This document shows positions 49,115-58,791 of a stretch of 64,000 nt of DNA, in pieces. Each line of letters starts with the position of its first letter. The stretch's first letter is position 1. Both the position numbers and the translations under genes were made by a program. A model generated the notes under the pieces. That model was not told where the DNA came from. It made no database searches and worked only from the letters and a program-made list of their open reading frames with translations. The stretch is from a bacterium (GTDB taxonomy: Bacteria > Orphanbacterota > Orphanbacteria > JBJXGV01): NCBI GenBank assembly GCA_046160485.1, contig JBJXGV010000073.1:12076-76075 (forward strand). The letters are read 5' to 3'.

Positions 49115-50578
49115 TCATCGGTTTCTCTCTCCCGGCGCTGAAGGCTCGAACGCGAGGACGAGGGCCTCGCGCGTAGTCTCGGAGATTGCGGCTTCGCGGC
49201 TGACGGCGTGCCCGACGACCCAGAGAACGCGCTCTTGATCCGCCACGACGGGGACTTGGTCTCGTTCGGTCCAAGGAACTTTTCGGTCTACGAAGAGATC
49301 TTGAATGGATTTTCTCCCGAGCATTCCGCGAGGTGCGATTCGATCGCCAGGCTTCCGGCTGCGCACTTCGAGAGGGGGGGCGATCCACTCGAGGTCGAAC
49401 TCTACAGCAAATGGGTTCCGAGAGCCATAAGGCCCTCCGACGGCGCGCGGAGCGGCGGCAGGCCGGTGCGAAAGACGTGCGGCGAGCTGCGCCGCGTCGG
49501 GCAATCCGACCGAGCCGGGGATCGCGAGCGGAAAGCAGTAGGGCGAGCGGGACGCGCGGGTGCGCGCGATCTCGAGGCGGTTGCCCGCGCGGCGTGCGAC
49601 GAGCGCATTCGGCAGCTGCAGCGTGCGGCGGCCTGGCGCGCTCGCCGCGAGGGTGACGAGCGCCTCGATGTGCGCCGCGTCGAGCGCGCACGGGGCGCTC
49701 GCGGGCGGCCCAACGCGGAGCGCGGCGAGGCGCAGCACGAACGGTGCGACGGCGGGACCAGCCGCAACGAGCCCCGCGGTGTCGAGCGCGATTTCCTCCG
49801 GGCGCTCGGAGAGCAAGATCTGCTCGAAGACGACCGCCGCTTCCTTCGCGAGCAGTTCGTCGATCGCGCTCTGATGGCGCGCGAAGCGCCCGAGCGCGCG
49901 CACAACGTCCGGGTTCACGAGCGACGCGGCCCGCGGGAGAATCTCCATGCGAACGCGGTTGCGCAGCGGCTCCATCGAGCGATTCGACGAGTCCTCACGG
50001 TGATCGGCGCCGATTCGTTCGAGGTAGCCAAGCAGCTCGTCGCGGCTCCGCTCGAGAAGCGGACGAACGACGCGCAGGTTCGAGCCGTCCGCAAGTGGCC
50101 GCTCGAGTCGAACGCCGGAAAGCCCCGCTGGGCCAGCTCCGCGAAAGAGACGCAACAGCACCGTCTCGGCTTGGTCGTTCGCCGTGTGGCCCGTCGCGAT
50201 CACGCTGCAGCCGGCGTTCGCCGCGGCCTCGCCGAGAAACGCGTACCGGACGCGGCGCGCGGCCGCCTCGAGCGATTCGCCGCGCCGCCGAACGACGCGC
50301 CGGGTCTGGATGCACGCGGGAATCCCAAGATGCGCCGCGGCGTCGCGCACGAACGCCGCGTCCTCCGCGCTCTCGTCGCCGCGCAACGCGTGGTCGAGAT
50401 GCGCGACGGTCAGCGTGAGGCCAAGGTGCGGGGCGACGGCACGAAGGACGTGCAAGAGCGCGATGGAATCGGCGCCGCCAGATACCGCGATCAACACGCC
50501 CTCGCCGTGCGACACGAGGCCCGCGCCGCGCAACGTTCGGAGCACAGCGTGCTCGAAGCGGTCGAGACGTCTTTTCAT
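49115..50578 (-). CDS. tilS: tRNA(Ile)-lysidine synthetase
   Basis: The PP-loop SGGADS sits in LIAVSGGADSIALLHVL. The protein has a long TilS-type C-terminal domain, and the gene lies in the conserved tilS-hpt-ftsH order. Confidence 0.8.
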   Translation of the reverse strand: MKRRLDRFEHAVLRTLRGAGLVSHGEGVLIAVSGGADSIALLHVLRAVAPHLGLTLTVAHLDHALRGDESAEDAAFVRDAAAHLGIPACIQTRRVVRRRGESLEAAARRVRYAFLGEAAANAGCSVIATGHTANDQAETVLLRLFRGAGPAGLSGVRLERPLADGSNLRVVRPLLERSRDELLGYLERIGADHREDSSNRSMEPLRNRVRMEILPRAASLVNPDVVRALGRFARHQSAIDELLAKEAAVVFEQILLSERPEEIALDTAGLVAAGPAVAPFVLRLAALRVGPPASAPCALDAAHIEALVTLAASAPGRRTLQLPNALVARRAGNRLEIARTRASRSPYCFPLAIPGSVGLPDAAQLAARLSHRPAAAPRAVGGPYGSRNPFAVEFDLEWIAPPLEVRSRKPGDRIAPRGMLGRKSIQDLFVDRKVPWTERDQVPVVADQERVLWVVGHAVSREAAISETTREALVLAFEPSAPGERNR

Positions 50579-50605
50579 CGGCGGCACACAGACGGACGAA
50601 AAAGA

Positions 50606-50682
50606 TGGTGGCGGTGCAGGGATTTGAACCCCGGACACAAAGATTATGATTCTTCTGCTCTGACCAGCTGAGCTACACCGCC
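50606..50682 (-). tRNA. tRNA with anticodon CAT (Met elongator or Ile2/lysidine type), CCA encoded
   Basis: The reverse complement GGCGGTGTAGCTCAGCTGGTCAGAGCAGAAGAATCATAATCTTTGTGTCCGGGGTTCAAATCCCTGCACCGCCACCA folds as a cloverleaf. The parts are a 7-bp acceptor stem, a D-arm GCTC/GAGC, an anticodon stem GAAGA/TCTTT with loop ATCATAA, and a T-arm CCGGG-GTTCAAAT-CCCTG. Confidence 0.8.
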
Positions 50683-50800
50683 AAGAAGGTAGCGAATCGA
50701 TGGCTGAAGTCGTGAAGACTGTTGGGGCGCAAAGTGTAGGGAGCGGGCGAAATCATGTCAAGCATGTTGCCGCGCCGGTGCGCGCCGGCGAACTCGACGC

Positions 50801-51214
50801 CTATCGCGACGCGAGGAGGCGCGTGACGAGCCCGATGAACGCGTCGAAGTCGACGATCGGCTTGCCGACGTACTCGTCCGCGCCGCTCGCGGCGAGCAGC
50901 GCCTCGCGATCGCCCTTCATCGTGTGCGCGGTCGCGAGCACGACCGGCACGTCCGCCGATCGCGGATCCGCTTTGATCAGCCGCGTGATCTCGAGGCCGT
51001 CGACGGGTTGCCCCTTGTAGATGCTTCCCGAAAGCGACACGTCCATGATGACAAGCGCGACCTCGCGCGCCGTCACGAGTCGCAGTGCTTCCGCGGGATC
51101 CTCCGTGTGGTGAACGGTGAACCCGCCGCGCCGCTCGAGAACGCGCGTGATCAGCTTCACGTTGCTCGGCTCATCCTCGACGAGAAGAATTCGCGCCGCC
51201 ACTTCGCCGCTCAT
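50801..51214 (-). CDS. Single-domain CheY-like response regulator
   Basis: The receiver fold shows ILLVEDE, the phospho-acceptor D in LVIMDVSL, and a KPI motif. Confidence 0.8.
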   Translation of the reverse strand: MSGEVAARILLVEDEPSNVKLITRVLERRGGFTVHHTEDPAEALRLVTAREVALVIMDVSLSGSIYKGQPVDGLEITRLIKADPRSADVPVVLATAHTMKGDREALLAASGADEYVGKPIVDFDAFIGLVTRLLASR

Positions 51215-53631
51215 ACGTTGCGAGCCTCGTTCGCCATCGCGAACCGCGCTTCCTCGTCCCGCGCGATGCGCGCGAGCGCACGATTGAGAATGCCGGGATC
51301 CTCACCCAGACGCGCCTTCGGAATGACGCCCCACACGTGCCCCGCGCGAAGGAGGCGACCGTTCGCACCGCTGGCGAGTTCCGGGTGGTTCGTGACGATG
51401 AGAATCTCCGGCCGCTCCGACGGCGCCATTCGCGCAACTTCGCGCAGCACGCCGAACCCGTCGAGCTCCGGCATGTCGAGATCCAGAAGCACCAGATCGA
51501 TCGGCGGACTCGCGCTTCGCAGCGCGTCGAGCGCGGCGACGCCGTTTACCGCTCGTGAGACGATCGTTCCTTGCGTGCGCGTGATCCGCTCGACGATCGT
51601 CGCCATCGCCGAGTCGTCGTCGGCGACGAGCACGCGCCGCACGCGGTGAACGCCGCGCGACGGCAACGCGTGGAGGTGGCGCAAAAGCTCCTCGGCGGAG
51701 ACGGGCTTACGAACGATCGGGATCGCGCTGTGGTCGGAGCCTTCCGCGGGAATTCCCTTCCCCGCGCTCTCCGGCGAGCCCGTAACGATGACGATCTTGC
51801 AATCCCAACTGAATTGCGCGGCGCGCGTGACGAGATCGACGCCCGTTTGCACCGCGGCGCCTGGAACCTCGGGCAATCCGAGATCCACCGTCATCGCGAT
51901 CGGGCGCATCTCCTCGGCAAGATGGAGCGCTTCATCGGCGGTACGCGCGACCATCGCGCGGAAACCGCCGGAGCGGATCACGCGGTAGAGATAGCGCGCG
52001 AACGAAGGGTCGTCCTCGACGACGAGTACGAGGGGCGCGGTCGGGTCGCAGTCGGCGAGAATGGCTTGCGCCTCGCCGGCGATGACACCCTCGGTGCGCT
52101 CGGTCTCGCGCGCCGCCGGGAGCGCGAACCAAACGCGCGTGCCGCGGCCTTCGCCATCGCTGGCCAGCTCGATCGTGCCGCCCATGAGTTCGACGAGGCT
52201 CTTCGAGAGAGCGAGCCCAAGGCCCGTTCCGCCATAACGCCGCGTCTGCGATCCGTCGACCTGCGTGAATTTCTTGAAGAGTTCGGGCTGCTTTTCCCTC
52301 GAGATGCCGATTCCCGTGTCGGCGACTTCGACGACCACGGAATCGTCCTCGCCGCGAAACGCGCGCACCGTCACCGAACCCTCGTGCGTGAACTTGATCG
52401 CGTTGCCCACGAGGTTGATCAGAACTTGCCGCACGCGTTCGGAATCGGCGAGCGCTTCGGGGAGCCCCTCCTCGACGTGAAACGAGAGCCGGAGGGAGCG
52501 CGTCTTCGCCTGAACGCCCATGAGCCGCTCGGTCTCGCGAAACTCGGCGTTCATCTCCACCGGTTCGCGCGCAACCTCGAGCCGCCCCGCCTCGATCTTC
52601 GTCAGGTCGAGCAGGTAATTGATCAGCGAGAGAAGATGAAGACTGGAGCGATGGGCGTCGCGCAAGAGGTCCATCCGTTCCTTCTCGTCGTCGCAAATCC
52701 CCTCGAGAATGAGCGACAGAAAGCCAATGATCGACGAGAGGGGCGTGCGCAGTTCGTGCGACATGTTCGCGAGAAATTCGCTTTTGAGGCGGTTGGCCTC
52801 CTCGGCGCGGTGACTCTGCAGAAGCAGCTCTTCGTTCTTTCGCGAAAGTTCGAGCGTGCGCCGCTGCACGAGCGACTCGAGTTGCCCTGTGTTCTGCTCG
52901 ATGAGCCGTCGCGACTCGACGAGATACGCGGTCATGACGTTGAAAGACTCGGTGAGTTCGCCGACCTCATCGCGTGTCTTCGACTCGAGCCGCAGTTCGA
53001 AGTTGCCGGCGCTGATTTTCTGCGCGGCCTTCGTGAGCGAACGCAGCGGCTGCGCGATCTGCCGGCTCACGAGGCCCATCGCGACGCTGTTCGCCGAAAC
53101 GATCAGGAGCGTGAAGAGGAGAATCGCGCGGCGGTTCGCGCTCGATCGTGCGTAGACGCCATCGAGCGAGTAGAGAACGGAAACATGTCCGAGCACGGCG
53201 CCCGCGGGCGAAATGATCGTTTCGGTGATCGTCTCGGTGTGCGCGGCGTTCGCAAGGCGGCTTCGATGGCGCGCCTTCTCCGCGTGATTCTCGACCGGAG
53301 GAAAGCTCGCCGCGACGTCGCCCTGCGCGTCGTAGACCTGCGCCGTCAGCACCTCGGGTACGCTGCCGAATCCGGTGAGGCGCGAGGAAACCGCGTAGAG
53401 GTCTTCGAAATCGAGCGCCGGCGCGAGGCTCGTTCCGATGGCGTTCGTCACGTGCCGGATCTCGCGCCGAAGCGCGGTCAGCGCGTCGCTCTCGTGCTGC
53501 GGCGGGAAATACAGATAAACGAACGTCGCGTTCGCGATCAAGAAGACGATCGCAACGGCGACGAATTTTAGGCCGAGCGAATTCTTGAACAGAGTGATCC
53601 GAAGCGTAGACGCGATCGAGTTGATGGCCAT
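51211..53631 (-). CDS. Hybrid sensor histidine kinase (TM sensor, HAMP, HisKA, HATPase, two receiver domains)
   Basis: The H-box is MSHELRTPLSSI and the ATP lid is DTGIGI and GGTGLGLALS. Two REC domains follow (VLVVEDD... and VLVADDD...). The stop overlaps the downstream response regulator start. Confidence 0.85.
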   Translation of the reverse strand: MAINSIASTLRITLFKNSLGLKFVAVAIVFLIANATFVYLYFPPQHESDALTALRREIRHVTNAIGTSLAPALDFEDLYAVSSRLTGFGSVPEVLTAQVYDAQGDVAASFPPVENHAEKARHRSRLANAAHTETITETIISPAGAVLGHVSVLYSLDGVYARSSANRRAILLFTLLIVSANSVAMGLVSRQIAQPLRSLTKAAQKISAGNFELRLESKTRDEVGELTESFNVMTAYLVESRRLIEQNTGQLESLVQRRTLELSRKNEELLLQSHRAEEANRLKSEFLANMSHELRTPLSSIIGFLSLILEGICDDEKERMDLLRDAHRSSLHLLSLINYLLDLTKIEAGRLEVAREPVEMNAEFRETERLMGVQAKTRSLRLSFHVEEGLPEALADSERVRQVLINLVGNAIKFTHEGSVTVRAFRGEDDSVVVEVADTGIGISREKQPELFKKFTQVDGSQTRRYGGTGLGLALSKSLVELMGGTIELASDGEGRGTRVWFALPAARETERTEGVIAGEAQAILADCDPTAPLVLVVEDDPSFARYLYRVIRSGGFRAMVARTADEALHLAEEMRPIAMTVDLGLPEVPGAAVQTGVDLVTRAAQFSWDCKIVIVTGSPESAGKGIPAEGSDHSAIPIVRKPVSAEELLRHLHALPSRGVHRVRRVLVADDDSAMATIVERITRTQGTIVSRAVNGVAALDALRSASPPIDLVLLDLDMPELDGFGVLREVARMAPSERPEILIVTNHPELASGANGRLLRAGHVWGVIPKARLGEDPGILNRALARIARDEEARFAMANEARNV

Positions 53632-53736
53632 CCCTCCGCAACCGATCCGAAGGACCGACGACGCGCACGCGTGCGCACGTAAGTTTCGGCAGAAACGGAG
53701 ATTGGCTTTATGGGTGGCGGCGCGAAACCGGCGCCG

Positions 53737-56244
53737 CTAGCGCGACGCTTCGACGCGGGGCCGGCCGTCGGCGGAGCGGTCGTGCGGAACGCTCTCGAGG
53801 CCCCAAATCTCTCGTGCGTACTCGCGAACGGCGCGGTCGCTCGAGAACTTGCCGATGCGCGCGACGTTCATGATCGCGCGGCGCATCCACGCCTCGACGT
53901 TTCGAAACTCCGCACCGGCCGCGGCCTGCGTGTCGATGTACGAGGGCATGTCGGCGAGGTGGAAATAGTGGTCACCGTGTTCGACGATCGACTGGAAGAA
54001 ATGGTGGAAGATCCCGGGTTCGTCGGGACAAAAGCGATCGGACTTAAGCGAATCCATCACGCGCGCGAGGTTGGGGTTCGACGAATAGAGGTCGCGCGCC
54101 TTGTACGATCCGGCCTTGCGGCTTGCGGCGATTTCGTCGGCGCGCATTCCGAAGATGAAGATGTTCTCCGCGCCGACCTCTTCGCGAATCTCGATGTTCG
54201 CGCCGTCGAGCGTTCCGATCGTCAATGCGCCGTTCATCGCGAACTTCATGTTTCCCGTCCCGGAAGCCTCGGTTCCCGCTGTGGAGATCTGTTCCGAGAG
54301 ATCCGCCGCCGGGATGATTTTTTCGGCGAGCGACACGCGGTAGTCGGGCAGGAATACGACGCGGATGAGGCCGCGCACCTTCGGGTCGTTATTTACGACG
54401 CTTCCGATGCTGTGCACGAGTTTGACGATGCGCTTGGCAGCCCAGTATCCCGGCGCGGCCTTTCCCGCGATGATGTGCGTGCGCGGGAACGGCGGCTCGA
54501 TTCCGTCTTCGACGAGGGTTAGGTACTCATGAATGATGTGCATGAGATTGAGGAGCTGCCGCTTGTACTCGTGAATGCGCTTTGCCTGAATGTCGAAGAG
54601 CGAGCCGGTGTCGACCTTGATGCCTGTCAGAAGGCGAATCGACTTCGCTAGGCGCTCTTTGTTGGCGCGTTTGATCGCGGCGAACTCGTCGCGGAATCCC
54701 GCGTCGTCGGCGAACGGCTCGAGGCCGCGCAGCGCGTCGAGGTCCGTCACCCACTCGTCGCCGAGCGTCTCGGTGATGAGCCCCGCGAGCGCTGGGTTCG
54801 CCTTCAGCAGCCAACGCCGCTGCGTGACGCCGTTCGTCTTGTTGTTGAAACGCTGCGGCCAGAGTTCGTGGAAGTCGGGCGCGAGCGAGGTCTTCACGAG
54901 TTCGGAATGGATGGCGGCGACGCCGTTTACCGAGTGGCAGCCGACCATCGCGAGGTTCGCCATCCGCACGAGTTTTTCGCCGCCCTCTTCGACGAGGGAC
55001 ATCCGCTTCATTCGGTCGAGATCGCCGGGCCACACGGTCAACACGTGTCGCAGGAACTTGTCGTTGATCTCGTAAATGATCTGGAGGTGTCGCGGGAGAA
55101 CTCGATCGAGGAGCGACACGGGCCACTTCTCGAGCGCCTCCGGCAGAAGCGTGTGGTTCGTGTACGCGAGCGTCTCCTGCGTGATCTTCCAGGCGCGCGC
55201 CCACGGGATTCCCTTCTCGTCGATCAGCACGCGCATCAGCTCTGCGACGGCGAGCGCGGGGTGCGTATCGTTGAGTTGAATCGCCACCTTGTGAGGGAAC
55301 TCGTCCCACGGCTTCTTCGATTTTTCGAAGCGGCGCACGATGTCGGCAATCGCGCAGCCGACGAAGAAGTATTCCTGCAAGAGGCGCAACTCGCGCCCCG
55401 AAGGCAGCGAATCGGAAGGGTAGAGCACCTTCGAGATCGCTTCGCTTGCGATCTTCTGTTCGACCGCGCGAAGGTAGTCGCCCGCGTTGAAGATCTGCAT
55501 GTCGAAGTCTTGCGACGACGTCGCGGAGTAGAGGCGCAGCGAGTTGACCGTGTGTCCGCCATAGCCAACGATCGGAAGGTCGCTCGGAATGCCGACGACG
55601 AGTTTCCAATCCATCCAAATCGGATTCGTCTCGCCGCGGCGATCGGTGTCTTGCACGAGGCGTCCGTACACGGGAATGATGCACGCCTCATCGGGCCGCT
55701 CGATCAACCACGGTTTTCCCTGCGAAAGCCAGTTGTCCGGGCGTTCGCGCTGGTAACCGTTTTCAACCTCCTGCTTGAAGATGCCGAACTCGTAGTTGAT
55801 GCCGTAACCGAAGCCCGGCATGCCGAGCGTCGCGAGCGAATCGAGATAACACGCGGCGAGGCGGCCGAGACCGCCGTTGCCGAGCGCGGCGTCCGCTTCG
55901 CCCTCGCGAATCTCCTCGAGATCGACGCCCATTCGTTCGAGCGCTTGGTGGCACATCTCGTAAATGCCGAGGTTGTAGAGATTGTTGCCGAGCGAGCGGC
56001 CGATCAGAAACTCGATCGAGAGGTAGTAGAGGCGCTTCGCGTCTGCTTCCTGGTAGCGCGCCTCCGTCTCGAGCATGCGATCGACGAGGAGATCGCGTAC
56101 GGTCAGCGCCACCGCGAGGAAAAGGTCGTGGCCCGACAGCTCGCTCCACTCTTTCCCGAGCGAGTAGCGCGCATGCCGGCGCACCGACTCTTGAAACTCG
56201 GCGGTGCGCGTCGCGCGGCTCAAATTTTTCGCAGCAGATGCCAT
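53737..56244 (-). CDS. glgP: Glycogen/alpha-glucan phosphorylase
   Basis: The GT35 motifs are present, including the PLP-Lys region EASGTGNMKFAMNGA, across the full length. The internal start MASAAK is chosen. Confidence 0.9.
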   Translation of the reverse strand: MASAAKNLSRATRTAEFQESVRRHARYSLGKEWSELSGHDLFLAVALTVRDLLVDRMLETEARYQEADAKRLYYLSIEFLIGRSLGNNLYNLGIYEMCHQALERMGVDLEEIREGEADAALGNGGLGRLAACYLDSLATLGMPGFGYGINYEFGIFKQEVENGYQRERPDNWLSQGKPWLIERPDEACIIPVYGRLVQDTDRRGETNPIWMDWKLVVGIPSDLPIVGYGGHTVNSLRLYSATSSQDFDMQIFNAGDYLRAVEQKIASEAISKVLYPSDSLPSGRELRLLQEYFFVGCAIADIVRRFEKSKKPWDEFPHKVAIQLNDTHPALAVAELMRVLIDEKGIPWARAWKITQETLAYTNHTLLPEALEKWPVSLLDRVLPRHLQIIYEINDKFLRHVLTVWPGDLDRMKRMSLVEEGGEKLVRMANLAMVGCHSVNGVAAIHSELVKTSLAPDFHELWPQRFNNKTNGVTQRRWLLKANPALAGLITETLGDEWVTDLDALRGLEPFADDAGFRDEFAAIKRANKERLAKSIRLLTGIKVDTGSLFDIQAKRIHEYKRQLLNLMHIIHEYLTLVEDGIEPPFPRTHIIAGKAAPGYWAAKRIVKLVHSIGSVVNNDPKVRGLIRVVFLPDYRVSLAEKIIPAADLSEQISTAGTEASGTGNMKFAMNGALTIGTLDGANIEIREEVGAENIFIFGMRADEIAASRKAGSYKARDLYSSNPNLARVMDSLKSDRFCPDEPGIFHHFFQSIVEHGDHYFHLADMPSYIDTQAAAGAEFRNVEAWMRRAIMNVARIGKFSSDRAVREYAREIWGLESVPHDRSADGRPRVEASR

Positions 56245-56525
56245 TCGATGTTGTTCTCGCGGAATCCCCGACGCGCCCCGTCGCCGCGAGCGGCGCTCGC
56301 GGCGAACTGGAACAAACGACCCAAAGCGATAACCCATACCGAGGCGTCTTGTCCACACAGTATCGGCGGCTCGGTAAGCCGGCGTGAGATGCATGCGGCG
56401 CGGCGGCGCGAAACAAAGGATGCGAGAGCTTCATTGCACGCGCTCTATCCGGCTGCAATAATGGGCGCTGCCGCGCGCGTGCGGCCGCGTCTCCGACGCA
56501 TCGCGACGCGCCCGCACGAGGAGAG

Positions 56526-57707
56526 ATGACGCCGAATCGAAATCCGGGCACGCCCCAACCTCCCGATAGTCCCGCTCCGACTCCCGGCGAACACGACGCT
56601 GGTGAATCGCGAGTGCCGACGACTCTCGGCGGGAGCGCGTTCTTCTACCTGCTCGACGGCGGCGTGCCGCAAGCGCGCACGATCGCGCCCGAACTCGAGA
56701 CGCAGCGAAAGATTGCGGCCGACCCGGCGCGTTCGCTCGAGGAGCGGCTCGAGGCGTTCGAAGACATCATGGACTCCGAGATCGGCGACACGACGCTTTC
56801 GCGCGCGCGCAACGTGGAGCGGGAGGTCGGCCTGCGCCAGATCTATCTCAAGTTCGACGGCGGAAATCCCACGGGCACGCAGAAGGATCGAATTGCTTTT
56901 GCGCAAGCGATGGACGCGCTCCGCCGCGGCTTCAACGCGATCACGGTGGCGACGTGCGGAAATTTTGGCGCGGCCGTCGCGCTCGCGGCGTCGGTCGCGG
57001 GGCTGCGCTGCATCGTTTACATCCCCGAGGGCTATCACACGAAGCGTGTCGACGAGATGACGGGCTACGGCGCGGAGATCGAGCGCGTGCCTGGAGATTA
57101 CGAGAACGCGGTAATCGCGTCGCGCGCGCGCGCCACGCGCGACGACGTTTACGACGCGAACCCGGGCGGCGCGAACACGGCGCTTCAACTTCGCGCATAC
57201 GGCGAGATCGCCTACGAGATCTACGACGAGTTGCGCGACGCGCCGGCCGCTGTCGCCGCGCCGGTTTCGAACGGCACGACGCTCGCGGGGATCTATCGCG
57301 GATTTCTAAGCCTCTACCGGCGCGGGAAGACATCGCGGATGCCTCGCATCATCGCGGGCTCGTCGCAGGGCAAGAATCCGATCGTCAAGGCGTTCATCAA
57401 AAAGACGCCGCACTGCGAGAATCTCGATCCTGACTTGATTCGCGAGACGGCTGTCAACGAGCCGCTGATCAACTGGCATTCGATCGACGGCAATCACGCT
57501 CTCGACGCGCTTCGCGCGACGGGAGGATGGGCATCGAACGCGACCGACAAGAATTTGCTCGCGACGGCGCGGCTGATTCTCGAGCGCGAAGGGTTGAACG
57601 TCTTGCCGGCGTCGACCGCGGGACTGGTGGCGCTGCTCGAAAAGCATCGCGAGGAAGCGCTTCCGGGCGATCGCTACGTCGTCGTGCTGACGGGGAGGCG
57701 GTCGTGA
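56526..57707 (+). CDS. Threonine-synthase-like fold-type II PLP-dependent enzyme
   Basis: The PLP-Lys motif is GGNPTGTQKDR (compare the threonine synthase NPTGSFKDR). A Gly-rich loop and a Pro-rich N-terminal extension are present, so the start may be downstream of the first ATG. Confidence 0.65.
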   Translation: MTPNRNPGTPQPPDSPAPTPGEHDAGESRVPTTLGGSAFFYLLDGGVPQARTIAPELETQRKIAADPARSLEERLEAFEDIMDSEIGDTTLSRARNVEREVGLRQIYLKFDGGNPTGTQKDRIAFAQAMDALRRGFNAITVATCGNFGAAVALAASVAGLRCIVYIPEGYHTKRVDEMTGYGAEIERVPGDYENAVIASRARATRDDVYDANPGGANTALQLRAYGEIAYEIYDELRDAPAAVAAPVSNGTTLAGIYRGFLSLYRRGKTSRMPRIIAGSSQGKNPIVKAFIKKTPHCENLDPDLIRETAVNEPLINWHSIDGNHALDALRATGGWASNATDKNLLATARLILEREGLNVLPASTAGLVALLEKHREEALPGDRYVVVLTGRRS

Positions 57708-58786
57708 CGGGTGCTCCGCCGCTCGACGGCAACGCGATCGTCTACTGCGAGGGCGCGTTCGCGACGCCGAATGGAAAGACGGCGCACGGGCTGGTGCGGC
57801 GCACGGCGCGCTATCGCGTTCTTGCCGTGATCGATTCGCGCCATTCGGGAAAGGATGCGCGCGAGGTGCTCGACGGAAAGCGCACCGGCATCCCGGTCGT
57901 CTCAAGCGTCGGCGACGCGCTCGATGCGGCGCGTGCGGCCGGCGCGGCGGCAACCCACTTCGTGATCGGGCTCGCGCCCGACGGCGGCCGGCTTCCCGCG
58001 GCGGCGCGCGCGGACGTGTTGCAGGCCGTGCGCGCCGGCCTGCACGTCGACAGCGGTCTGCACGACTTTCTCTCCGACGACGCGGAGATCGCAGCACTCG
58101 CGCGTGAGAACGGCGTGCGAATCCGCGACGTCCGAAAGACGCCGCCGCGCAACGAACTCCACTTCTTCAGCGGGAAGATCGAGCAGGTGACGTCGCTGAC
58201 GGTCGCGCTTCTCGGCACGGACTCGGCGGTCGGAAAGCGGACGACGGCGTGGGTGCTCGTCGAGGCGTTGCGCGCCGCGGGAAAGAGCGCGGAGATGATC
58301 GGCACCGGACAGACCGCGTGGATGCAGGGCGCGCGCTACACGCTCATTCTCGATTCGCTCATCAACGATTTCGTGGCCGGCGAAATCGAGCACGCGGTGT
58401 GGAGCGCGTGGAGCGATCTGCACCCCGACGTGATCGTGATCGAAGGACAAGGGAGCCTCATGAATCCGGCGTACCCGGGAGGCTTCGAGATTCTCGCGGC
58501 GGGACGGCCCGACGTTGTCGTTCTGCAGCACGCGCCCGCGCGCAAGGAGTACGACGGTTTCCCCGGCTACCCGCTTCATCCGATCGATGTGCAGATTCGC
58601 GCGGTCGAACTGCTCTCCGGTAAACCAGTCGTCGCCGTGACCGTCAACCACGAGGACCTCGCGCGCAACGAGATTCCCGCGGCGTGCGAGGCGATTCGAC
58701 GCGCGACGGGGTTGCCCGTATGCGATCCGCTAGTGGACAGCATGGACGAGATCGTCGCCGCGGTGCTCGCGCGCGGGAAACGCTAG
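57704..58786 (+). CDS. DUF1611-family protein (Rossmann-like; the family includes D-glutamate N-acetyltransferase DgcN)
   Basis: The GTG start overlaps the preceding stop (GTGA). The length and conserved blocks (LGTDSAVGKRTT, IVIEGQGSL) match DUF1611. A dipeptide-epimerase gene lies nearby. Confidence 0.6.
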   Translation: MTGAPPLDGNAIVYCEGAFATPNGKTAHGLVRRTARYRVLAVIDSRHSGKDAREVLDGKRTGIPVVSSVGDALDAARAAGAAATHFVIGLAPDGGRLPAAARADVLQAVRAGLHVDSGLHDFLSDDAEIAALARENGVRIRDVRKTPPRNELHFFSGKIEQVTSLTVALLGTDSAVGKRTTAWVLVEALRAAGKSAEMIGTGQTAWMQGARYTLILDSLINDFVAGEIEHAVWSAWSDLHPDVIVIEGQGSLMNPAYPGGFEILAAGRPDVVVLQHAPARKEYDGFPGYPLHPIDVQIRAVELLSGKPVVAVTVNHEDLARNEIPAACEAIRRATGLPVCDPLVDSMDEIVAAVLARGKR

Positions 58787-58791
58787 GCCGC

